In this document: positions 1 through 13,867 of the stretch, piece after piece
Numbering within the stretch: position 1 is the first letter of the stretch
Layout: each line of letters begins with the position of its first letter
Source: Hyaloraphidium curvatum SAG 235-1
Taxonomy: Eukaryota; Fungi; Monoblepharomycota
Reading direction: 5' to 3'
Length of the DNA: 64,000 bases
Assembly (NCBI GenBank): GCA_025558095.1
Contig: JAIVFI010000043.1
Location: 310,001-374,000 of the forward strand
Program-made: the position numbers and the translations under genes
Notes under the pieces: generated by a model
Told to the model about the DNA's origin: nothing
Seen by the model: the letters and a program-made list of their open reading frames with translations, nothing else
Databases searched by the model: none

Positions 1-652
1 CGCGCTGGTCGCGATGTTCACGGCCATCCAAAAGTAGCCCTCGAGCTTGTGCGCCTCGGCACCCTCCCGCAGGCCGCCCGTCCGCGAGAGGTCGCCCCAG
101 CCGGCGACGAGGGAGCTCGTCACGATCATGCTGAATGCGACCATGGCCAGCGGCGTGACGGGGGACCCGTTCAGGAACGCGCGCTCGCTGTACGCGATCG
201 CAATCGTGTTCCCGTTTTTAAGGACGGTGTAGAGGGGGATGGAGAGCACGGCGAGCGCCTTCATGGACGAGTAAATCATCCCCACGAGGCAGAGCGCCAC
301 CGGCATCCCTGCGGAGGCGTGAGCGCCGCTCAGCGCCCGGTTCTGGCGAATTGCACAAACACGGCCCAGACCCACATTGCCGCGCCTCGGCGGGCCGGAA
401 CGGTCTGTGCGACGCGAGCCCGAGCGCGCAGAACACCTCCAGGAGCACCAGCACCGTCCCGTGCTGGATGGCCAGCAGCAGAAAGTTCGCGGTGAAGTGG
501 TATTTGCTCAGCACGAACTTGTTTGCCAGCAGCATGAGCGTCGACGAGGCGCAGAAGGCGAGCACGGCGGTCGCCCGGTGCACGCGGCTGAAGGCGGGCG
601 GCGCGCCCTCCGCCCGCGGCGTCACCTCGCCCGCCTCGAGCTGCTTCGCCAT
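1..652 (-). CDS. GDP-mannose / nucleotide-sugar transporter (Vrg4-like), 3' part outside window
   Basis: MAKQLEAG...FCASSTLMLLANKFVLS..F..NFLLLAIQ, then after an intron MIYSSMKALAVLSIPLYTVLKN...IAYSERAF; multi-TM pattern typical of Vrg4/SLC35D. Confidence 0.85.
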
Positions 653-851
653 TGCGCCGCCTCCGTTGGCGCGGCCGGCCGGCCGGAACACCGTCGCGCG
701 GAGTCAGGGCCGCCCTGACTCCAGACTGTTTTTCGGGCTGAGGACTCGGAGCCTGACTCGGAGCACGATCGACCTCGGTGCGCGACTCCACGCGCACACC
801 CGCTTCGCAGCACTCGGCACACGTCCATCCGCGGCCCCGTACGCCCGAAGC

Positions 852-1516
852 ATGAGCAAACGCGCCGAAGACGATTCCGCTGCCGACCCTGCCCCGGAGG
901 AGAGCGGGCCGCCAGAGAAAAAGGCCAAGACGGACGACGCGTCGGACGCGTCTCCCGCTGCGGAGGCCGCGAAGGAGGCGCCCGCGGCCGAAGCGGCTGG
1001 TCACGCGACATCTTCGAGGTGAGCAGCGCTCGAGCTGGGTCCGGATTCGCCGACTGGAGCTCACTGCGCGGCCGTGCCCGAGAAGCCTCTTCGACCACAT
1101 CTCGCTCCCCGTCACGGACTTCGAAAAATCGAAGGCGTTCTACCTGGCGGCGCTGAAACCACTCGGAGTCGAGAGCATCATGGAATTCGGAAAGAGCGTC
1201 GGCATGGGAAAGGTTCGGGGCCCTCAATCGCTGGATCCAGCCTGCTGATGGGCGTTCCTAGAACGGCGAACCGTCCTTCTGGATCGACGGCACGACGGGC
1301 GCGGACGTCACGACCCCCAAAGGCCAGCACCTCGCCTTCAGCGCGCCGACCAGGAAGCTCGTCGACGAGTGGTACGAGGCCGCGATCGCCGCCGGCGGGA
1401 CCGACAACGGCAAGCCGGGGCTCCGCAAGGATTACAGCCCGACGTACTACGGCGCCTTCGTGCTCGACCCGGATGGGCACCGCATCGAGGCCGTGTGCCA
1501 CGCGGCCGAGGAGTGA
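852..1516 (+). CDS. Glyoxalase/bleomycin-resistance (VOC) family protein, 2 introns
   Basis: Spliced reading FDHISLPVTDFEKSKAFY...HLAFSAPTRKLVDEWYEAAIAAGGTDNGKPGLR..Y...YYGAFVLDPDGHRIEAVCH; GT-AG introns from 1019 and ~1213. Confidence 0.85.
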
Positions 1517-1800
1517 GGCTGGGCACGAAGAGATCGATATCCTTGACGACGCGACCGGTGGCCCTCTCGCCGTGATCCATCTACTGGCTTGTCTTCAGGT
1601 GACGATTTTGTACTGGAAATGAACATTCTTGGCTTGCCTCCCTTTTGAAAGCTTGGCCGTGGAAGACGTTGACGGTGCCGCGCGCGAGATTCCGCTCGGA
1701 CTTAACAAAGCGACTTCCGCCACCGCCCCTCACACCTCCGCAGCCCCGGCGGCCCGCTCCTAGAGGCCTCTGCGCTCTTCCCCCGAACCCCTGCAAAGCC

Positions 1801-2978
1801 ATGAGCGGGCTCAAGCTTCTCGTTCCCGTGAAGCGGGTCATCGACTACGCGGTGAAGATCCGGGTGCTGCCCAACAAGAAGGGCGTCGAGACGAGTGGGT
1901 CCGCCCCGCCGGCGCCGCATCGCGCTTCTAAACGGCACTTTGTCGTTGCCGCGCCCGTTTCCGGTGCCCTGGTGCCGCCGCTGCGGGGACAGACAACGTG
2001 AAGCACTCGATGAACCCGTTCGACGAAATCGCCGTGGAGGAGGCGGTGCAGCTCAAGGAGAAGAAGCTGGCCAAGGAAATCGTCGCGGTGTCCATCGGCG
2101 GACCCAAGAACCAGGAGGTGCTGCGGACGGCGCTGGCGATGGGCGCCGACCGGGCGATCCATGTCGACGTGGGAGAGGGGACCGAGGTGCAGCCGCTGCA
2201 GGTGAATATCTGGACCCCATCGGGGGCTACGTGGAGCGACGTCCTTGTCGGGTTTCGGGGGGAGACGTGGACTAAGGCCGGAACGAGGCTTGCTGCGGCC
2301 GATTTGGGCGAGAGGATCGGGCGCCACGCGGATGGTCTCTGACATCCCGGGTCGCTCGCAGGTTGCCAAGATCCTCAAGGCCGTTGCGGAGCAGGAGAAG
2401 CCGGACCTCGTGATTGTTGGCAAGCAGGCCATCGACGACGATGCGAACCAAACAGGTCAGATGTTGGCAGGCCTTCTTGACTGGCCCCAGGTGCGTCGTC
2501 TCGAAAGCCGCAGCGAGGCTCTACCCTCATCGATGTTTTCAACAGGGCACTTTTGCCTCCAAGTTGGAGGTTGCCGGTGACTCCATCACCGTCACGCGGG
2601 AGGTGGACGGCGGTCTCGAGACGATCAAGACCAAGCTGCCCGCGGTCGTGAGCGCCGACCTGCGGCTCAACACCCCGCGGTATGCGACGCTCCCGAACAT
2701 CATGAAGGCGAAGAAGAAGCCGCTCGCCGTGTGGAAGAAGGACAAGGAGCTGGCCGGGCTGGACCTGGACCCGCGGCTCGAGGTGATTGAGGTGTCGGAG
2801 CCGAGCAAGCGGGAAGGCGGCAAGAAGGTCGAGAGCGTCGACGAGGTGCGTTTTTCTCGACCAGACTGTTTTTCGCCCTCGTCTCATCAGTCCTGCTGGC
2901 CACCCCATCACATCGCGCCGTCCCTTTCCGACCATCCAGCTGATCGAGAAGCTAAAAAACGAGGCCAAAGTGCTGTGA
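1801..2978 (+). CDS. ETFB: Electron transfer flavoprotein beta subunit
   Basis: [81 protein letters not shown] across 5 exons. Confidence 0.95.
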
Positions 2979-3182
2979 TTGTGATGGATGCTTGAATATA
3001 CCTGCTGCTGTTGGCCGAAAGTAAAGTCCACGTTGGTTTCGGGGTTCGGCGCTGGGAGTGGAGCCGGGGACCCGAAAAACGGCAGACGGCTCAATTGTCG
3101 CCCCGTCCGCCGCAAAAGCACTCGCAGCAAGTCGCTGTTTGCACACCCATCGTCGCTACTACCGCCGCAAGACTCCGCCAAA

Positions 3183-5333
3183 ATGCCCGGCCGTCGCGTG
3201 AGCACCAGTACCCGCCTGCGCCGGGCGCCGGGGACGCGTGCTGACCGACCAACTCGTGCACCGTCTCCGCCCTTCTCCCACCATCTTCGGCGCTCCGTGT
3301 CCTCTATGCCGTCCATTCGCGCTACAGGTCTACATCGTTGGTGTCGGCATGTGAGTTCCGAAGTCCGCTGGTGCTCCATCTCGCGGCCGGAGCTGCCGGT
3401 GGAGTCATCGACCGAACGCTGATCTTGCGACCCGTTGCACAGGACCACCTTCGACAAGCCCGGTGTCAACGCCGACAAGGACTACTGCGACTACGCTCTT
3501 GGTTAGTCGCGCCCCGGGTGGGCCCCTGGAGAATGCTCATCCGGGAATCGCTTGATCAACAGAGGCCGCCACCAAGGCCCTCCTCGACTGCGGTCTCGAC
3601 TACGACGCCGTCGAGTACGCCACGGCGGGCTACGTTTACGGCGACTCGACCTACGGGTGCGTGTTGCCGAAGGGCGGATGGATGGCGGAATCAGTCCTGA
3701 CTCTTTCTTCGATTCACAGCCAGCGCGCTCTGTACCAGCTCGGTCTCACCCAGATCCCGATCATGAACGTGAACAACGTGAGCGATCTGCGCCTATCCCC
3801 CACACCGGCGATTGCTCATGCGCGACTGCGTGCAGAACTGCTCGACCGGGTCGACCGCCCTGTACCTCGCCCGCCAGGCCGTCGCTGGCGGTCTCTACGA
3901 CTGCGCCCTCGCCCTCGGCTTCGAGAAGATGAAGCCCGGCCCGCTCAAGGGCAACTTCCCCGAGCGCACCTCGCCCCTGGACAAGTCGATGGTGATCATG
4001 AACGAGATGGCCCCTATCCAGGCCGCCCCGATCAACCCGCAGATCTTCGGTGAGTCTTCACCTTTGCGAGTCTTGCCGCGTGGATTTGACGTTTGGGTGT
4101 GAAGGCAACGGCGCCATCGAGTACTGCGAGGTCTACAAGCAGCCCCTGGACTCCATGGACTGGATCGCGTCCAAGAACCACACGCATTCGTCGCTGGTGG
4201 GACTTTTTCTTCGGCGCATTCCCGTTCGCCGAACTCACCCCGCCCTCGCAGAACCCCTACGCCCAGTTTAAGCACACGTCGACCGTTGAGGAGGTCCAGA
4301 AGGCGCGCAAGATCTACAAGATGCACACCGTCCTCCACTGCTCGCCCCCCTCGAACGGCTCGGCCTGCGCCATCGTCGCCTCGGAGGACTTTGTCAAGGC
4401 CCACGGCCTCCAGGACATCGCCGTGGAGATCATCGCCCAGACGTGAGTCCTCTACGCCGTCGACGTGCATGGCCAGTATTGACTCATCCTCTCGATCAGC
4501 ATGGCCACCGACTCGAGCAAGCACTTTGCCAAGAACGGCAACCCCAAGAGCCTGATGGAACTCACCGGTGTCGACATGACCCGCAAGGCTGCCGCCGAGG
4601 CCTACGCCGCCGCCGGGATCAAGCCCGCTGACGTCGACGTCATCGAGCTGCACGACTGCTTCTCGTCGAACGAGCTCATCACGATCGACGCGCTCGGCCT
4701 TTGCGAGCCCGGCAAGGCCGGCGAGTGGGTCAAGGTGGGTGTTGTCGAAGGGGTTTGAAGTGAGCGGGCCTCATTTTTCTCGACAGAGCGGCGCCGGCCA
4801 CAACCCCGTGCTCCGCCCCAAGGAGCTTGCTGCTCCCAAGCGCAGCCAGCCCATCAACGTGTCCGGCGGTCTCATCTCCAAGGGCCACCCTCTCGGCGCC
4901 ACCGGTCTCGCCCAGGCCACCGAGCTCACGTGGCAGCTCCGCGGCTGGGCCGGCCCCCGCCAGGTCCAGGGCGCCAAGATCGCCCTCCAGCACAACGTCG
5001 GCCTCGGCGGCGCCGTTGTCGTCACCAGTGAGTTTTACGCTCCGCCGTGCCTTGCTGTCACCTGACGCTTTCCTTAAAGTCTACAAGCGCGGCTTCGGCA
5101 AGACCGGCGCCGCTCCGGCTACCTACGAGAAGACCCTCGGCTACAACCCTGGTACTGTTTTTTTCGTTTTGTTTTGGTTTTCTGCCCGCATTGACGTCGG
5201 TCCCCCCACAGCCGTCGAGGCTCGCGGCATCACCCCCGCGGACGTTGCCAAGGTCGCCAGCAAGAAGGCTGGAAGACTGGACATGAAAGAAGAACTCTTC
5301 ACACAAGATAAAGTGATGCAGTACAAGCTCTGA
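3183..5333 (+). CDS. SCP2/SCPx-type thiolase (no C-terminal SCP2 domain), many introns
   Basis: [12 protein letters not shown]|NCSTGS (catalytic Cys), [42 protein letters not shown]; ends ...QYKL. Confidence 0.9.
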
Positions 5334-5758
5334 GCGTCTTGTCGTCGTGGCGAGGGCGCCGGGTCTTGATGTATCCGCCTTTCGGCAACAGTAGAAGTTC
5401 GATTGCCGGTGCCGCTAGGAAAAGGGGCCAGATGCCATCACATTCCCGCATCTTATATTCAGTCCTCTTATAGCGTTGATGCTTTGGATTGATGGTGTCT
5501 AGGGTGGAACCGGGGCAGCCCCAGGATGATGATCGGCGGAGCCTCCTTCCCGATCGTCGCCCCCAAACATCGCACGAACGCGAAGAGCATCGCGTTTCTG
5601 AGCTCTAATTGCTCTCTGCCGATAGCAGAGACCCGTTTGTGAACGTGTCCGCGCTGCATTCCAGCACGTGGCAGCACGCAGCTGTCCTCGTCTTCGCGGT
5701 CGCATTCGCCGCGCTCATCGTTTATCGGAGCGTGCTAGAGCCGGGCGAGAGCACCAGA

Positions 5759-6630
5759 ATGGCTGCGGATCTTCCTTCCTATTACAAGACCCCGAAGGAC
5801 AAGCCTCTGCTAGGATACTGGGACATTCGCGGACTCGGCCAGCCGATAAGGAACCTTTTGCACTATGTCGGCGTCGAGTACGACGAAGTGCTCTACTTTG
5901 AGGGACGGCAACCGGATTGGGGCAAGGACAAGCCGATCCAGCCGACACCGTTCCCGAACCTGCCCTACTTCTTCGACACGAACGGCATCAAGCTCGTTCA
6001 GAGCAGTGCCATCGTGCGCTACATCGGCCGCAAGCACGGCCTTTTGGGATCGACCGAACAGGAGTCCGCGTATGTTGACATGGTGATGGACGAGGTCGAG
6101 GATTGGCGGAGTGCCGTCGTTGGACTTGCCTGTGGGTTTCCACGATATACCTCCTGCCTGTGCGATGGTGACAATGGTGGACAGACAACCCGGATTTCCC
6201 CTTCCAAGAGGTCTACAACAACAACATCGTCAAGCATCTCGATCTCTTCGAGAAGTACGCGGCGTCGCTTGGAGGCAAATGGATTGCGGGATCGGAGAAG
6301 CCGACCGTTGCCGACTTCCTGCTGTGGGTCCTCCATCCGCCTTGGAGCAACAGCTGAGCTTACCTGCCTATGATTCTGCAGCTACGAGATGCTGGACACC
6401 AACTACTACCTCGTTCTCGAGAACACCACGCCAGCGATCGACGTCTTCGCGTCGCGGCCGAATCTTGGCGCGCTCAAAGCCAAGTTCGAGGCCTTGGAAC
6501 CTATCAAGGCGTACTTCAGCAGTTCGGCCTACAAGAAGCGTCCTTTCAACTACACGCCCGGTGAGATCAGGCCGTTCGGTCGACGTAGCTGCTTCTGACC
6601 GGCGATCTTGAAGATGCCAAGTGGTACTGA
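5759..6630 (+). CDS. Glutathione S-transferase, Mu-class-like
   Basis: LGYWDIRGLGQPIR, PFPNLPYFFD..IKLVQSSAIVRYIGRKH, TVADF; last exon DAKWY*; 3 introns. Confidence 0.85.
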
Positions 6631-6816
6631 GTGGCCATTGAGAGAGTAATGGAACATCCGTGATACAATATAGAGCAAAGAAAGCCTATCAGCGTTGGAG
6701 GTCCTGGGAAACTCGACGAGTCCGATGGAACGGCCTGCTACTGGCTGGCTTCAACCGCGACTCGTACTCTTGATCCTGTTCCGCTGACCCTTGAGAAGTC
6801 CCGTGGGCCCGTTACA

Positions 6817-8094
6817 ATGATATTGCGACCGCGAGTGCCTCCAACGGCACGTCTACCCACGACGCTTTCGACGCTTTGGGACGCGTCTGGGAACGCGGGA
6901 GGAACTGTCGAGCTCTCGAATCTCGCGTCGCGAGGGACCATCGCGGTGGTTACGATGGCCCAGAGCTGGGATCCACCGGGTCGCGAGCTTCTTCGGCTCC
7001 TGAAGTGGCTCGCCGATTCGGTGCCGCTTGAAGAATCGGGGCCGGTACCGTCCCCGACGTCCTCGACTCGGACGCGGAAGGACGCGCTCACCAACACGGT
7101 CATTCGCCTCCCTCTGGAGCTACAATCCTTCCTCCATTCTCTTGTCGCCCTTGACACTTGCTTTGTCGTCGTTGTTCCCGCGTGGAACCCTTCAGAGCTT
7201 GCCCATCTCCGGAGTGTGCTGCCGCGGAATGCCTACGTGGTTCCCGACCCAATGCCCGACATTCCGCTCGCGAAACTGCTCGGACTCCAAACGCAGGGCG
7301 GGTTGGGGACGTGGCCAGCCATTTTGGTCGCAGAAGAGGACGGGCAGGTCGCGTCCGTAGTGATCGGAAGGGGCAGCGGCTGGTACGGCGACGGGGAGCT
7401 CCTCCAGACGTTGGCAGCACGGCGGATCAGCGAATGTGACGCTGCGCGCAAGGCCTGGAAAGAGGGGGAGCGGGCAGTGAGGAAAGGGTAAGGGCTCGTC
7501 CTGCCCGGCAAGTTCCAAGTTGACACCTCACTTGCCGACAGGCTCGACCGCTACCGCGCACTCTTTCCTCTCAAGTACGATCATCCCGGGACCGATCCCC
7601 TGCCGGTTGAGATCCTTCTGCAGGTCCTTACCCACCTGATTCCCGATGACTTGCTACATGTCGTCGAATCTCCGAAAGCATCGGAGGAGCCCAACTATCC
7701 CAGCTCAAGCCCCCTCGTGGACGCGAGCGCGGAATCTTGGAGGCGTGACCTGCACTCCTGCGCCTTGGCATCACGGTCCTTCCTCACCTGCGTGCTTACG
7801 CTGGTTGCGCGGCACGCGCTTCCCGCCCTCTCGAAGCTCAAGGAGGTGCTGCCGCAGAACATTGACGGATCGCTCGCGCGGCCATTGGACGGTGCATTGG
7901 ACGCGAGAACGGTGTTTCTCGGGCCCGAGACCGGCGGGGTCAGGGACTACGTGCCGATTGAAGTGCCCTACGCTCGGGACGTCCGGCTGCCAAAAGTCGG
8001 CGTAAGAGATATTGAGAGGAAGCGGCTCATCGTCGAAAGATGGAGGACGGCTCTAATGTCTTGGCACAAGGCCGTGTCGCTGGCACCGCTGTGA
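6817..8094 (+). CDS. Hypothetical protein: peroxiredoxin-like N-terminal part without Cys plus F-box-like motif, 1 intron
   Basis: ORF 6817-7487, GTAAGG donor at ~7488, second exon with DPLPVEILLQVLTHL; N-part pattern TVELSNL..IAVVT...WDP...LAKLLGL...WPAILV..DGQV. Confidence 0.5.
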
Positions 8095-8269
8095 CTCTAC
8101 ACCGGGTGCGCCTTGACGCAGAATCGGGAATCCAATGAAGCTGCCCAAGTCTGCGGACCTTGCGCCGGTGGCACTGGGTTCTGTTCCGCGGCACAGGGCG
8201 GGCATGCCCCCCGAGCGGGCTTGCCCGACGAACAAGAAGAATGAAGTCTTCACAGTATGCAGTTCAGTG

Positions 8270-9608
8270 TCAATCTTTCCGTCCGCTAGCCTCTTCGGCA
8301 AGTTCGGTTTCCGAGCTTCCCTTTGCGTCCACAGCCGCCGTCGGCGTCGGTTCCGCCGCGTGCGTGGGCACGGTCTCGCCCTCCTCTGCATCTTTCGGCA
8401 GCGAAGCCTGGTACTCGTCCCAAAGCTCCCCGACGCTCTTCCCCGCCAGCCACCAGATGCAGTCCTGGTTCCATTCGCCCTCGCTTCCGCAGTACGCATT
8501 GAGCCTCTCGACGAAGCCGGGATGGCGTTTTTCGATCCAGTCCAGGAAGAAGCCGGTCGTCTGGTAGCCGGCGAGCCAGTTGTCGGAGCGGCCTTCGCGC
8601 CAGTGAGGCGGCGAGAGGCGGTGGCGGAGGCGGACCAAGTCAGCGAGCCCTTCAATGAGGCCGCCGGGGAGGTTGTTTAGGGTCGAATGCTGCCAGACGT
8701 GCACGAGCTCGTGTACCAAAACGCCGTGGCACTAGAGAAACGCAATTCCGCGACAAGGATAGGAAGAAGAAAGATCAGTAGGCGACAAACGACTGTTGAG
8801 TCGGGCCACATACTTCGCTACGAAGGCCGTCGAGCCCGCTGCGCTTTAAGATGTCTCTGAGGTACCTCGTGCTCAGGTGGATTTCAGACTGGGTCCCATC
8901 GTCATTGCTGGTCGTGTAGGCAATGCCATCCATGTTGTCGGTAAAGAGCATCACTCTGGTGGTTCGAAGTCGGTAACCGACGGTGAGTCGCGAAGGACTC
9001 GGTTTCGACGTTCCACTCACGCCTGCCGCGGGCCTGGGAAGCGTGCGTACTTGACGGTCGGATAAAGCATCTCGACGACGCCGACGCTGAGTTCCTCAAA
9101 CCAACTGCGAAATGGGGTTGAGAAGCGGAACGCGGCCTCCTGAGGGATGAGCTCACATGTTCGGGTCACGCCCTCCCGGCACGGCTTTCCGAAACAGATC
9201 GCCCGTTTCCTTCGAATCGTCGTTGTTGATCCACACGTAGGTCGGCGTGGGATATTGTCCAGGCGGAGGAGGCACCGGAATGGGCGCCGTTTCCTCCTCG
9301 TCATCATCCGCTCCATCGCCGCCGTCCTCCTCGCCGGATTTGTAGCCGCCTTCGCTTCCTTCCTCGCGTTCGGAGCCCGCATCTTTAGCTCCAGTTCCGG
9401 TTTCATCGCCTCCCAAAGCGGCATCCTTCTCGACCTCCCGAGAAACCTCTTCCCATTCGGAATCGGTACCCGGCGATCTGTCCGGTTCAGCCCTCGATGG
9501 CGACGGGTTGGGGGCAAAAATGGTCGCTGCCGACCCAGCCGGCGCTTCGGAAGTGACTGAAGACTCAGTCCCGGAGGTTTCGAGACGTGCTCTTTCCTCA
9601 GAGGCCAT
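8270..9608 (-). CDS. Basic secretory protein (BSP) family zinc-peptidase-like protein
   Basis: [45 protein letters not shown]; acidic N-terminus; several introns. Confidence 0.85.
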
Positions 9609-9642
9609 GAAGAGCGGTCCGCGTTCGTGTCGCCTTTGCTGA

Positions 9643-11034
<1,392 letters not shown>

Positions 11035-11231
11035 TGCAGAGGACTGTTCGCGGACGGTTGCAGCTGGACTGTGGCACGGTGTACCTTAATTTGATTTGAC
11101 ATTTGATGATCCACCACATTCGAGAGTCACGATCTTTCTGTGTCCTCTGCTAGAGATGACTCGGGTCGTAGCCGGGGACGTCGGCATTCCAATGGATGAC
11201 ACCTGTCCCCCTGTGGGTCCCGACGTGACAA

Positions 11232-12776
11232 ATGGATCCGAAAGAGGAGACGACGACTGCCATTGCTATTGAGAACCCCGCTCCACGGAAATCCAGCATC
11301 CTGAGCCGGGCGGAATGGCTCGTTCTGCTTCCCGCTGCGCCCTCCCCGTTGCAAGCCATGTCCGGAGCTTCTCCCCCCGCAGACCCTGCGGCGGACCTGC
11401 GGAATGCGGATCCTCTTACACTTGATTCATTCACCTCTATTCTCTCTAAGTGGACGCCTTCGCTGGCGATCTCGGTCAGGGTTCAGCGCGCGACCGAACC
11501 TTGGGCTACAAGGCCCGTCCTTCGCGGGACGCTCCTGTACCTCGTCTTTGTGCCTCTACTGGCCGTGCCTTGGGTCTTCAATGACGGCAGATTCGGATCC
11601 GTTCAATTGGCCGTGGGAACGTCCACGCTGGCACTAGCTTTCTTCGCCAGCTCCGTTGGGATAACTCTGTTTGCTGTGTATCAAGCAGGTCTCAAAGTCA
11701 TGGGAAACTCTACGACCACTGTTAAGGTTGCTTCTCGGGACTATTCGTCTCACGGTGCCGCCGGTCTTGCGAGGTGGATCCAGCTGGCGTCCAAAGTGGG
11801 CTCCGATTCCGCGGTTACAGCCCTGCTGGGCCACAACTCTAAGGACGACTTGTGCCCGTGCCCCAATGTGCAATGTGCAGGGCGTCTGCCGCGCCGCGCT
11901 GATGTTCTTCGGATAGTGGATATGTCGTTCCGGCTTTCTTTGCTGACCTTTAGTGGGTTCTCGTACTTCTGGACGCCTCTAGTTTCTACAGGCATCGCCC
12001 AACGCACCTGGACGACGCCGTGGTCTGCCGTTTTCGGCGGGCTGACCGTCGCCGCCCTCTTGAACTTTGGATGGCCAGCGGCCTTGGTGCGCTTCTCGAC
12101 CAACGTTCCACTACTTCAGCTCTCCAACCGGATCGGATGCCGCGCCATGAAGCTTGCTTCGGAAGACATGCTCTGCCGCTACCGTCTCCTGATTGACACG
12201 GGTGCACAATGGACTCGTGGAACCACTTCGGAGCGGCAGCTTTACATGGACCTCCACATTCTCTTCACAAGCAGCTGGCGGCGCCGCATTCTTCAGTACA
12301 CCGCTAGCGTCGCAAATCTATTCGCTTCTTCTGTCAACCTCCTGATGGGTTTGATCAACATCGCTGCCTGTTCTTGCCTGCCGGCTTGCTTTCTCCTTTA
12401 CCTCGTTTATACGCTTGCGATGAATCTCATCGACCTCGTCAATGTTAGCGCGGCCAATGCGCAGATTTCAGACGTGCGCTCGCTATACGCGGATGTCTCT
12501 TCAGAACTCCGCGAGCTCCGCCGGATCGCCTATACGGCACCGTCCCGACCTGATCCAGATGTGATCGCCGCGTTGGAGGCCGACGCGGAAGTCCTGGGCT
12601 CCTACCTGGATGTCGACCGCTACCGCTTGAAGTTTCTTGGTTTCGTGATGACGTACGGCGTCGTCAGGACGCTATTCGCGACCCTTCTGACGCTGGGGAT
12701 TGGGCTCTGGTCCATTCTGAGGGGTTTGGGAGTTTTCGTCACGATGGAGACGATCTGTCCGATCGTGGGCCCGTGA
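11232..12776 (+). CDS. Intronless 7-TM protein, family member 1 (GR-like/7TMIC-like); start may be 11358
   Basis: Seven hydrophobic segments; motifs shared with 27622-29061 and 35105-36577 (DPAADLR, H-x5-CxC..CAG, FxGF...T...G...I.RG.G..T....CP). Confidence 0.8.
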   Translation: MDPKEETTTAIAIENPAPRKSSILSRAEWLVLLPAAPSPLQAMSGASPPADPAADLRNADPLTLDSFTSILSKWTPSLAISVRVQRATEPWATRPVLRGTLLYLVFVPLLAVPWVFNDGRFGSVQLAVGTSTLALAFFASSVGITLFAVYQAGLKVMGNSTTTVKVASRDYSSHGAAGLARWIQLASKVGSDSAVTALLGHNSKDDLCPCPNVQCAGRLPRRADVLRIVDMSFRLSLLTFSGFSYFWTPLVSTGIAQRTWTTPWSAVFGGLTVAALLNFGWPAALVRFSTNVPLLQLSNRIGCRAMKLASEDMLCRYRLLIDTGAQWTRGTTSERQLYMDLHILFTSSWRRRILQYTASVANLFASSVNLLMGLINIAACSCLPACFLLYLVYTLAMNLIDLVNVSAANAQISDVRSLYADVSSELRELRRIAYTAPSRPDPDVIAALEADAEVLGSYLDVDRYRLKFLGFVMTYGVVRTLFATLLTLGIGLWSILRGLGVFVTMETICPIVGP

Positions 12777-12887
12777 AAGATGTCGTCAAAGATGTAAAGG
12801 TTGATGAAATCGAACGCCTTTTGCGACCTACTCTTGGCAGTCACGGATGCGGAACCCCGATCGTCGCGCTCCGCGGAAGGACGAAAG

Positions 12888-13819
12888 ATGACGTTCAATC
12901 CCACGCTGACGGAGTCCTCCGCCGTCCTGAAGGACATTCTGGGCGGAGGACGCGAGTTTGCCGCGTCCGAGCTATGGAGCAAGCGGCCCGCCGTCGTCAT
13001 GGTACGGGCTGCGCAGCTTCTACGGGAGACAGTGCGATAACGAACCACGCGCCCGTTGCACCCTTGCTGCACGTTCCTCCGCTGCTTTCTCCTTGTTTCG
13101 ACTTGTGCTGCGGCTCGTGGTCGACGTCTCGAACGGCAGGTGGTTCGCAGGCCCGGCTGATTCCTGTGCAGGGAGGAGGCCCTCGGGCTGTCCTCCAGGA
13201 AAGCCGAGCTCGACAAGCTCGGCATCGACCTCGTGGTGCGTTGGCACCGGTCACCGCAAGTTGCAGTTGATTTGACGGACGCCACAGGCCGTGGTGCACG
13301 AAGACATGGGCGCCGCCGAGTTCAAGGACTACTCTTTCCGTGACTCGCCCGTCTATCTCGACACTACCAAAGCCTTCTACAGGTGCTTTCGACCCAGCAG
13401 ATGCTACTTGTGGGGCAGCATCTTACTGTTCGACGTTCAGGTTCATCGGTGCCGGTTCGCTGATTTGGGCGGACCCCTCGGACTTGACGTCCCCCGAGGC
13501 CAAGGTTCACGGTGATCGGGCGCGCGCCAAGAAGGTCAAGGGCAACATGAAGGGCGAGGGCAGGATCATGGGTGGCCTCGTCGTCGTCAACACCGCCGGC
13601 GCCATCTGTGAGTTCGCCACTCCGATTGCAGAGGCGATTGGTGCACTGACACGCACGCTGCAAGATATCTACAACGAGAAGATCTTCGGCGACCACGCGC
13701 CCCTGGGCGGTAAGTTGATCATCGCAGCAGTACTAGTTCGGACTCCAACGCAATCGCACATTGCAGAGGTGGCCGAGGCTGCCCGAATGCTCTCCTCGGC
13801 GCCCTCCGCCCGCCTCTGA
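12888..13819 (+). CDS. SELENOU: Selenoprotein U / FAM213A (PRXL2A)-like peroxiredoxin-fold selenoprotein, Sec codon at 13158-13160
   Basis: Spliced (intron 13002-13139) ELWSKRPAVVM|VVRRPG-UGA-FLCREEALGLSS; downstream exons VVHED..AEFK...VYLD..KAFY, GNMKGEGRIMGGLVVV, EKIFGDHA match the family; SECIS in 3' UTR. Confidence 0.92.
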
Positions 13820-13867
13820 AGCGCCTCTAAGGCGGTCCTTCTGCGTCTGCTGGCTTCAGCGACGGTC

